In this document: piece after piece, positions 44,313 through 50,883 of the stretch
How the letters are laid out: the number at the start of each line of letters is the position of its first letter
How positions within the stretch are numbered: position 1 is the stretch's first letter
Assembly: GCA_036280455.1 (NCBI GenBank)
Contig: DASUQS010000047.1
Coordinates: forward strand, 1 to 50,883
Direction of reading: 5' to 3'
Origin: Acidimicrobiales bacterium
Lineage (GTDB): Bacteria > Actinomycetota > Acidimicrobiia > Acidimicrobiales > VFJN01
Length of the DNA: 50,883 nt
The notes under the pieces: generated by a model
Seen by the model: only the letters and a program-made list of their open reading frames with translations
Told to the model about the DNA's origin: nothing
The model's database searches: none
Position numbers and translations under genes: made by a program

Positions 44313-44702
44313 CTAGCCGACGCGCTCCGCCTGCTCGTGCCCGTTGCCCGACGGGGAACCGACGGCCGCGGCGATGCGATCGGCCTGCGCCTGCTGCTCG
44401 TAGCACAGGCGGGCCATCCAGAACCGCAGGAACCCGGCGATGGCACCCTTCACGAACAGGGCACCGCCCACCACCGCCACGGTCAGGCCCAGGAGCGCCA
44501 CGACGATCGCGTCGCGCTGCTGCAGCGGATTGCGGGTGCCGTGGGCGATGAACCAGGCGGCGATGCCGAAGCCGGGCCCGGCCACGAGCCCGATCACGCC
44601 GAGCTTGACGAGCAACCGGTCGAGGCCGGTCGCGGGGTCGCGCAGCTTCATGCCGGCCACCTCGGCCTTGAACTGCTCGATGCGTTGCGTGTTGTCGTTC
44701 AT
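44313..44702 (-). CDS. Small two-TM membrane protein, last gene of the ABC operon
   Basis: It has two hydrophobic helices and high GC3. It starts 7 nt downstream of the livF-like stop. No family recognised. Confidence 0.65.
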   Translation of the reverse strand: MNDNTQRIEQFKAEVAGMKLRDPATGLDRLLVKLGVIGLVAGPGFGIAAWFIAHGTRNPLQQRDAIVVALLGLTVAVVGGALFVKGAIAGFLRFWMARLCYEQQAQADRIAAAVGSPSGNGHEQAERVG

Positions 44703-44708
44703 GGCTGG

Positions 44709-45458
44709 TCAACCACCCAGGTATGCCGAGGACAGCTTGGATTCGATCTCGTGCGGGGAGCCCACGTCGGTGACGCACCCGTGGAGCATGATGGCGGCGC
44801 GGTCGGCGACGCCCAGGACGACCCGGGCGAACTGCTCGACGACCAGCACCGAGACGCCCGTGCGGGCGAGCGAGGCGACCTGCTCGTACAGCTCCTCGAC
44901 CACGAGCGGGGCGAGACCCATCGACAGCTCGTCGAGGACGAGCACCGCCGGGTCGGTGGCCAGCCCCCGGGCGAGGGCGAGCATCTGCTGCTCGCCGCCC
45001 GACATCGTGCCGGCGATCTGCTTGCGCCGGTCGCCGAGGCGCGGGAAGCGTTCGAAGGCGGCGGCCTCGATCTCGCGGGCCGAGCGCCGGCCGTGGCTGG
45101 CCATGCGCAGGTTCTCGCGCACGGTCAGGTTGGGGAAGATGCCCCGGCCCTCCGGGATGAGGCAGAGGCCGGTGCGGGCCAGGTCGGACGGATCCGCGCC
45201 GTTGACCCGCCGCCCGGCGACGAACACGTCACCGCCGGTGAGGGGGTGCAGGCCGGCGAGCACCTCGAGGGTCGTGGTCTTGCCGGCCCCGTTGGGACCG
45301 AGGACGGCCAGCACCTCGCCCGGCCGCAGTGCCAGGTCGACGCCGTGCAGCACCTCGATCGTGCCGTAGGCGGCCCGGACCCCGCGCAGCTCGACGATGG
45401 GCGTCGAGGCGCGGCCGTCGCTCTCCCCGGTGGGCGCGTGCGGGTGGACGGCGGTCAC
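44709..45458 (-). CDS. ABC transporter ATP-binding protein (LivF-like)
   Basis: Walker A is GPNGAGKTT, the signature is MSGGEQQML and Walker B is LVLDE. The GTG at 45458 overlaps the upstream stop as GTGA. Confidence 0.9.
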   Translation of the reverse strand: MTAVHPHAPTGESDGRASTPIVELRGVRAAYGTIEVLHGVDLALRPGEVLAVLGPNGAGKTTTLEVLAGLHPLTGGDVFVAGRRVNGADPSDLARTGLCLIPEGRGIFPNLTVRENLRMASHGRRSAREIEAAAFERFPRLGDRRKQIAGTMSGGEQQMLALARGLATDPAVLVLDELSMGLAPLVVEELYEQVASLARTGVSVLVVEQFARVVLGVADRAAIMLHGCVTDVGSPHEIESKLSSAYLGG

Positions 45459-46198
45459 GCGGTCACCTCCGGTGCGGCGCCGAGGTAGGCGTCGAGCACC
45501 GCCCGATCCGCCTGGATCTCGTCCGGTGTCCCGCTGGCCAGCACGGACCCGAAGTCGAGGACGTGGATGCGGGTGCAGGTGCGCATGACCAGCTGGACGT
45601 CGTGCTCCACCAGCACCACGGCGATGCCCTCCCCCGCGACCGCCAGGAGCACGTCGCGGAACGCCTCGGTCTCCGCGTCGTCCTGGCCCGAGGCCGGCTC
45701 GTCGAGGAGCAGCACCTGAGGCCCGGTGGCGAGCGCCCGCGCCAGCTCGACCAGGCGGGCCTTGCCGGTGGGCAGTTCGTCGGCCCGGACATCGGCCTCG
45801 GCGGACAGACCGACCAGCTCGAGCGCGTCCGCAGCGCTGCGGCCCGGACGACGACGCCGCACCGATGCGGCCAGCTCGACGTTCTCGCCGACGGTCAGCA
45901 GCCCGAAGAGCTCCAGCCGCTGGAAGGTCCGGGCCAGGCCCCGGCGCGCCCGCCGGTAGGGAGGCAGCCCGGTGACGTCCTCGCCGTCGAGGCGGACGCT
46001 CCCCCGCTGCGGGCCGAGCAGGCCCGTCACCACGTTGAACAGGGTGGTCTTGCCCGCGCCGTTGGGCCCGATCAGCCCGGTCACCTCGCCGGGGGCCGCG
46101 CTGAGGCTCACGTCGTCGAGCGCGAGGTGGCCGCCGAACCGCACGGTCACGTTGCGCACCTCGAGGACCGGGCTGGGCCCGGATCGCGGCACCGTCAT
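45455..46198 (-). CDS. ABC transporter ATP-binding protein (LivG-like)
   Basis: Walker A is GPNGAGKTT, a signature-like LPTGKARLVELARAL is present and Walker B is LLLDEP. The ATG at 46198 overlaps the permease stop as ATGA. Confidence 0.9.
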   Translation of the reverse strand: MTVPRSGPSPVLEVRNVTVRFGGHLALDDVSLSAAPGEVTGLIGPNGAGKTTLFNVVTGLLGPQRGSVRLDGEDVTGLPPYRRARRGLARTFQRLELFGLLTVGENVELAASVRRRRPGRSAADALELVGLSAEADVRADELPTGKARLVELARALATGPQVLLLDEPASGQDDAETEAFRDVLLAVAGEGIAVVLVEHDVQLVMRTCTRIHVLDFGSVLASGTPDEIQADRAVLDAYLGAAPEVTA

Positions 46199-48525
46199 CG
46201 CCCCACCTCCGTCGTCCCGTTCCCGGCCCGGCCGGGCGTCGCGGCGGAGGCGGTCGAGCCTGCGCCCCTGGGCGTCGCGGCGACGGCGGTCGAGCCCGCG
46301 CCGACCGTGACGAGTGACGGCCCCGCCGGCCGCTCCAGCCCGAGCATCCGGTCGAGCGTGGCGACCTCGTCGTCGGTGAAGGGCCGCTCGATCCCCGCCC
46401 ACTCGAGCGGCAGCGGAACGTCCGCCCCGACGTGCCCCGTGGCGTCGACGCCATCGCCGGCGCCGTCGGCTGTCGCGCCGGCCTCGGGGGCCTCGGTTCC
46501 ACGGACGGATCGGCGGGCCTCGATCATCTGGGCGGCCAGTCCGCCCGCCGCGAGCTCGCCCGCGAGGGCGAGCGCGAACGGTCCCCCGCTCAGCACGTCG
46601 GCGAGCCGCAGCGCCACCACGGCCGCCACGCCCACGAGCGTGCCGGCCAGCAGGACCGGGCTCCGGCGGAGCGGGCCGAACGCCTCCCGCAGCGTGTGGG
46701 CGATGCCGTTGGGGTTGCGGCCGAGGGCGATGCCCATCGTGCCGGGCAGCACCCGGTTGACGTTCTCGAACCAGGGAGCGACGTCGATGAGCAGGGGCAG
46801 GCCGCCGATGAGCACGCCGGCCACGAGCGCCCCGGCCGCGGTGCCGATGCCGCCGACGACCCCGAGGAGCAGCAGCGGCAGGCTCTGCACGAAGGCGAAG
46901 TTCATGGCGCTGGCGGTGCCCAGGGTGCCGCCGTACAACGCACCGCCGAAGCCGGCCATCGCCGCCGACAGCGTGAACACCGCCAGCTTCACCAGCGTCG
47001 TGTTGATGCCGAGCGTGGCGGACGCCGCGGGGCTGTCCTTCAGGGCGAGGAGACGCTGCCCGAACGTGCTGCGCCGGATGCCCACCACCAGCAGGTACAT
47101 CAACGCGAACACGACGCTGAGGAACACCAGCATGTCCTGGTCGGTGTCGACGCCCGGGACGTCGAGGCGGTCGACCGCCACCGAGCCGGTGCCGAAGATG
47201 CTGATGTCGACCGGCCCGACCGAGAAGTCGCGCAGGCCGAAGATCCACTGGTCGAGCAGCATCGCGAACGCCGCGGTGCCGAGCGCCAGGTAGATGCCGG
47301 CCATGCGCACGGTCGGCAGCGCGATCAGCGCGCCGATCAGGCCGGTGACGACGGTGGCGACCAGCAGGCCCTTGGGGTCGCCGCCGTGGCCGTGGTGGGC
47401 CATGAGCACCGCGCCGATGCCGGCGAAGCTCATCTGGCACAGCGACAGTTGGCCGGCGAAGCCCACGAGCGGGACGAGCGACAGGCCGATGATGGCGACC
47501 GCCACGATCTTCTGCACCGACACGGCGTCGGGGCCCGAGGCGATCTGTGCGGCGACGAGTCCGGCGGCGACGAACGCCGCGGCGGTCGCCACCGAGCCCA
47601 GCCACGGCGGCCGGGGGATGACCTCGCGGGTCGCCCGGCTGGTGTGGCCGCGCAGCCGTTCCTGGGGCAGCACCAGCAGCACCACGAACAGGAGGATGAC
47701 GGGGATGGCGAACCGGAACTGCGCGAGCAGGATGCCGTCGGTCGGCAGGTACGCCAGCGCGTAGGCGTCGAGCAGCCCCACCAGCAGCGCACCGACGAAC
47801 GTCATGGGCAGGCTGCGCAGGCGACCGATCATCGCCGCCGCGTAGGCGTTGACGATCATGAGCGTGAGGTTCACGTGCGACAGGCCCACGCTCGGGGCGA
47901 CGAGGATGCCGGCCACCGCCGCAGAGGTGCAGCCGATCGCCCAGGCCAGCATGGCGGAGCGGCGGGGCCGGGCGCCGTTGAGCATGGCGAGCGAGCGGTC
48001 GTCGACGGCCGCCCGCATGGCCAGGCCCGGCCGCGACCGGTAGAGCAGCACCCGCAGGCCCACGGCCAGCGCGACGGCGACGGCGAGCGCGGCGACGTCG
48101 TGCCAGGTCAGGTTCACGCCGAGCACCGCCACGCTCTCGTCGCCCCAGAACCGGTCGAACCGTCGCGCCGTGTCGGGCGGCCACATCCACAGGCCGAGGC
48201 CGAGCAGCGCCGCCAGCAGGCCGATGCTCACCACGACGCGGCTGGTCTCGGGGGCGTCGTACAACCCCCGCATCACCACCCGCTCGATCACCACCCCGAG
48301 CAGCGGGGCGAGGACGCCGAGCACGACGACGAGGGCCACCGGCGCGGGCCAGTCCCAACCGAAGCGCAACTGCCAGTAGGCGAAGGCGCCGAGCATGCCG
48401 ACGGCCCCGTGGGCGAAGTTGAAGATGCCCGTCGTCGTGTAGGTGAGGACGAGGCCGCTCGCGGCCACGGCCAGGATGGCCGCGACCGCGAGGCCCGTGA
48501 TCGTCGCCTGGAGGAACTGGTCCAT
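46195..48525 (-). CDS. Fused LivH-LivM-type ABC permease (776 aa) with a cytoplasmic C-terminal tail
   Basis: The N-terminal half is LivH-like (MDQFLQATITGLAVAAILAVAASGLVLTYTTTGIFNFAHG). The second half is LivM-like with multiple TM helices. The last ~110 aa are hydrophilic. Confidence 0.85.
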   Translation of the reverse strand: MDQFLQATITGLAVAAILAVAASGLVLTYTTTGIFNFAHGAVGMLGAFAYWQLRFGWDWPAPVALVVVLGVLAPLLGVVIERVVMRGLYDAPETSRVVVSIGLLAALLGLGLWMWPPDTARRFDRFWGDESVAVLGVNLTWHDVAALAVAVALAVGLRVLLYRSRPGLAMRAAVDDRSLAMLNGARPRRSAMLAWAIGCTSAAVAGILVAPSVGLSHVNLTLMIVNAYAAAMIGRLRSLPMTFVGALLVGLLDAYALAYLPTDGILLAQFRFAIPVILLFVVLLVLPQERLRGHTSRATREVIPRPPWLGSVATAAAFVAAGLVAAQIASGPDAVSVQKIVAVAIIGLSLVPLVGFAGQLSLCQMSFAGIGAVLMAHHGHGGDPKGLLVATVVTGLIGALIALPTVRMAGIYLALGTAAFAMLLDQWIFGLRDFSVGPVDISIFGTGSVAVDRLDVPGVDTDQDMLVFLSVVFALMYLLVVGIRRSTFGQRLLALKDSPAASATLGINTTLVKLAVFTLSAAMAGFGGALYGGTLGTASAMNFAFVQSLPLLLLGVVGGIGTAAGALVAGVLIGGLPLLIDVAPWFENVNRVLPGTMGIALGRNPNGIAHTLREAFGPLRRSPVLLAGTLVGVAAVVALRLADVLSGGPFALALAGELAAGGLAAQMIEARRSVRGTEAPEAGATADGAGDGVDATGHVGADVPLPLEWAGIERPFTDDEVATLDRMLGLERPAGPSLVTVGAGSTAVAATPRGAGSTASAATPGRAGNGTTEVGR
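46235..46306 (-). repeat. 36-nt tandem direct repeat (x2) inside the permease tail
   Basis: GGCGTCGCGGCGGAGGCGGTCGAGCCTGCGCCCCTG is followed by GGCGTCGCGGCGACGGCGGTCGAGCCCGCGCCGACC. They encode GAGSTAVAATPR / GAGSTASAATPG. Confidence 0.7.
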
Positions 48526-48538
48526 CGTGCGCCGCGGC

Positions 48539-49942
48539 TCAGGCCGCCGGCCTCGGCACCCCGTAGTCGTCGGTCAGCTCGACGACGTTGCCGGGGTCGC
48601 AGTTGTAGATGCCCTCGTTGGGTTCGGTGAGCTCCTCGTCGTAGACGAACCCCTGGGCGGTCACCTGGATGGCGAGGCTGCACTGGGTGGCGACGAGGTT
48701 CCCGGGCGTCTGGGGCGAGTGGAGACCGCCGGCCGTCCAGCCGTCCTGGGCCGCCGCCTTCTCCAGCAGGCACGCCCGTGACAGGTCGGCGCCGCACTCG
48801 TTGGCCGCCGTGGCGAAGAGGAGGAAGGCCGACAGGCCCTGCATGCCGAGCATGGCGGTCTTGCCCTCGGGGTTGTAGCGCTCCATCAGCTCCAGGTAGT
48901 CGGCCATGGCCGGCACCTCGTCCGCCATCTCGAAGGTCGGGAACGGCGAGCGCATGTAGGTGGCCTCGCTCACGCTCCCGGCGCCCTCCTCCTGGAACTT
49001 CTTGTCGTAGTAGTTCGGCTGCAGGTGGATGAACTCGGGGTACCAGCCCTCGATCTGCATGGCCTGCTGCAGGGCGACCATGTTCTCGGGCTCGCCGATC
49101 ATCTCGAACGCCGTGACCCCCTCCTCGCGCATCTTCTGCACGAAGCCCCGCCAGCCGGTCTCGCCGAGCGGGCGGTACTGCTCGTCGAACACGATCTCGA
49201 AGCCCAGCGTCTCGGCCATCTCGGCGATCTGGTCGTGGATCGTGGCCGGACCGTCGAGGTTCACCCACAGGATGCCGAGCTTGTCGGCCTCCGGGAACCG
49301 CCCCTGCAGCCAGCGGTAACCCGCCGACGCGAACGAGTAGACGGGGTTCGGGACGGGCTGCACCTGCAGCTCTGCGACGCGGGCCTGCGGGGTGACCGCG
49401 TAGCCGGGCAGGTTGGGCAGGCCGCAGGCCACGCGGGCGCCGTTGTCCTGGGCGTCGAAGACGGCCCCGCCGCCGACCAGCGCGAAGTCCCGCTGGCACG
49501 CCTCGCCCACCCGCTGGCCGTACTCGAACAGCTTGGCGTCGAGGTCGTCGATCACGATCTGCCGGCCACCGATGCCGCCGTGCTCGTTGCACCAGGCGGC
49601 GAAGGCGACCGCGCTGTCGTACATCTCCTGCGTGAGGCCGGGACGCTCGGCCGACCCGCGATCGGTGACCGTGCCGAGGTGGATCTCGTCCGCGGTCAGC
49701 CCTGTCTCGGTGACCGTGCCGGGCTCACCGTCGGCGCACAGGTTGTCCAGGTCGCCGAACGTGCCCTGGTCGAGGCGGCTGCCGCTCGTCCCGCCGGCAC
49801 CGCCACCGTCGGCCGTCTGGGCCTGGTCGCCGGACCCCGTGGCGGCCGCTCCGATCTCGGTCTCGCCCTCCGCCCGGGTGCACGCCCCGGCCATCAGGGC
49901 CACGACCGCCAGGGAGGCGATGGCTTGGCGTCGTCTTCTCAC
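48539..49942 (-). CDS. ABC transporter substrate-binding lipoprotein (LivK / Peripla_BP_6-like)
   Basis: The lipobox is LMAGAC after MRRRRQAIASLAVVA. The type I periplasmic-binding-fold pattern was judged by eye. Confidence 0.8.
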   Translation of the reverse strand: MRRRRQAIASLAVVALMAGACTRAEGETEIGAAATGSGDQAQTADGGGAGGTSGSRLDQGTFGDLDNLCADGEPGTVTETGLTADEIHLGTVTDRGSAERPGLTQEMYDSAVAFAAWCNEHGGIGGRQIVIDDLDAKLFEYGQRVGEACQRDFALVGGGAVFDAQDNGARVACGLPNLPGYAVTPQARVAELQVQPVPNPVYSFASAGYRWLQGRFPEADKLGILWVNLDGPATIHDQIAEMAETLGFEIVFDEQYRPLGETGWRGFVQKMREEGVTAFEMIGEPENMVALQQAMQIEGWYPEFIHLQPNYYDKKFQEEGAGSVSEATYMRSPFPTFEMADEVPAMADYLELMERYNPEGKTAMLGMQGLSAFLLFATAANECGADLSRACLLEKAAAQDGWTAGGLHSPQTPGNLVATQCSLAIQVTAQGFVYDEELTEPNEGIYNCDPGNVVELTDDYGVPRPAA

Positions 49943-50005
49943 TGGACCCCTCCAACGTCACGGTGCCGCCGGCGGCGGGATGCAGCCTCGCCGTCAGACC
50001 CGAAC

Positions 50006-50019
50006 TAGAACGAGTTGCA
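50006..50019. promoter_or_regulatory. KstR-type box TAGAACGAGTTGCA (TnnAACnnGTTnnA)
   Basis: It lies 64 nt upstream of the binding-protein start. It is immediately downstream of the candidate -10 element. Confidence 0.45.
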
Positions 50020-50048
50020 AATCTAACGGACCGTCAGATTCCTGTCGA
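50020..50048 (-). promoter_or_regulatory. Candidate promoter of the ABC operon: -35 TCGACA (50043-50048), 17-nt spacer, -10 TAGATT (50020-50025)
   Basis: Read on the minus strand. It overlaps an imperfect 21-bp inverted repeat, AATCTAACGGACCGTCAGATT (50020-50040, 18 of 21 positions symmetric). Confidence 0.45.
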
Positions 50049-50099
50049 TGCGGCCCCGGTCCCGCGTCGGGGGCCGGTCGACGGACTAGTAAAGGCATC

Positions 50100-50555
50100 G
50101 TGCGCATCACGGCGAAGGTCGACTACGCGGTCCGAGCGGTGGCCGAGCTGGCCGCCGCCCCCGACGGGCCGACGAAGGGCGACCGGCTCGCCGAACGGCA
50201 GTCGATCCCGGCGAAGTTCCTCGAGAACATCCTCGCCGACCTCCGCCGCGCCGGGCTCGTCGCGAGCCAGCGCGGCGCCGAGGGCGGTTACTGGCTCGCC
50301 AAGCCGGCGGATGCGGTCTCGGTCGCCGACGTCATCCGAGCCGTCGAGGGCCCCCTCGCGGACGTCCACGGCACGCCACCCGAGACGGTCAGCTACGAGG
50401 GCGCGGCCACGAGCCTCCAGCGGGTCTGGGTGGCCACGCGCGGCGCTCTGCGCTCCGTCCTCGAGGAGGTCACCATCGCCGACATCGTCGCCGGTACGCT
50501 GCCTCCCACGGCCGAGCGCTTCCTCGACGAGCCGGACGCCTGGTCCCGCCGCTGA
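50100..50555 (+). CDS. Rrf2-family transcriptional regulator
   Basis: Begins VRITAKVDYAVRAVAELA and contains IPAKFLENILADLRRAGLVASQRGAEGGYWLAKP. No three-Cys cluster ligand motif was seen. The GTG start at 50100 is in frame with the track ORF. Confidence 0.85.
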   Translation: MRITAKVDYAVRAVAELAAAPDGPTKGDRLAERQSIPAKFLENILADLRRAGLVASQRGAEGGYWLAKPADAVSVADVIRAVEGPLADVHGTPPETVSYEGAATSLQRVWVATRGALRSVLEEVTIADIVAGTLPPTAERFLDEPDAWSRR

Positions 50556-50712
50556 TCCACCCGGTCACCCGACGCACTCGTTGCAGGGCGGCCACCGAAC
50601 CGGTCGGCGCAGGCGATGGTCGTGCAGGCTGGCCGACGTGACACGAGCCACACCGGCGAGCAGGGGCCCGGGTAGGAGTCCCGAGGGGCGAGCGCGCTAG
50701 CGTTGCACATCT

Positions 50713-50883
50713 ATGTCCCGCCGGATCGACATCGAGCTCACCAGCTCTCGCGAAGACGGGTCCTGGACCTGGCGAGCCGCGGGTGCCCGTGAACCAAAGG
50801 GCACCCTCGAGGGTGCGATCCTCCCCAGTGGAGCCGCCGTCGGCCACGTGCTGCGCGCCGAGGTCGAGGGCTTCCTCGACGGC
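50713..50883 (+). CDS. Hypothetical protein, 5' fragment (runs off the window)
   Basis: The ATG at 50713 opens MSRRIDIELTSSREDGSWTWRAAGAREPKGTLEGAILPSGAAVGHVLRAEVEGFLDG, with high GC3 and no stop before the window end. Confidence 0.4.
   Translation, partial: MSRRIDIELTSSREDGSWTWRAAGAREPKGTLEGAILPSGAAVGHVLRAEVEGFLDG

Noticed and set aside
45455-48630. 967-aa minus ORF 45455..48358 (beyond its last 247 codons) and 732-aa plus ORF 46432..48630
   Set aside because: They are off-frame or antisense to the LivHM permease, and the translations are Arg/Gly/Pro-rich. Only the C-terminal LivG-like part of the first is real.

Overview
This is a very GC-rich, actinobacterial-type chromosomal segment; coding frames show almost all G/C at third codon positions. 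I saw no tRNA, CRISPR array, transposase or integrase. The window opens inside a 16S rRNA gene on the minus strand (5' part only), with an rrn-type promoter and tyrS just upstream.

Gene order:
- A hypothetical membrane protein lies next to tyrS.
- A four-gene minus-strand module follows: NfeD/YqiJ-like membrane protein, SPFH/flotillin, a 1,760-aa single-P-loop AAA+ ATPase, and a NUDIX hydrolase. The last three are joined by GTGA stop/start overlaps.
- A complete arginine operon, argC-J-B-D-F-R-H, has no argG. It runs on by 4-nt overlaps into a 4HBT thioesterase and a 3-methyladenine glycosylase.
- An AT3+SGNH (OafA-like) acyltransferase comes next, then an SDR + QueA-family pair.
- A steroid/lipid-type catabolic block holds two hydroxysteroid-dehydrogenase-like SDRs, two SCP-x-type thiolase-like proteins and two DUF35 OB-fold proteins.
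- A thioester-domain LPXTG surface protein is flanked by a repeated GC hairpin.
- Then come a Zn alcohol dehydrogenase, a KstR-like TetR regulator, an acyl-CoA dehydrogenase, a secreted alpha/beta-hydrolase, a UbiB/ABC1 kinase and a Tat-signal FAD oxidase.
- Next are a DUF574-type methyltransferase, a HelD-like helicase and a WS/DGAT acyltransferase.
- A Liv-type ABC importer (binding protein, fused LivH-LivM permease, two ATPases, small membrane protein), an Rrf2 regulator and a truncated ORF close the window.

The most interesting candidate for an uncharacterised system is the flotillin / giant AAA+ ATPase / NUDIX module at 3026-11805. Second is a KstR-type regulon defined by three TnnAACnnGTTnnA boxes. 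One box sits in a 36-bp perfect palindrome, and one sits at the promoter of the Liv-type ABC importer.

All product calls rest on motifs read by eye and remembered family sequences, not on searches. Many long ORFs in the track are off-frame or antisense artefacts of the high GC content.
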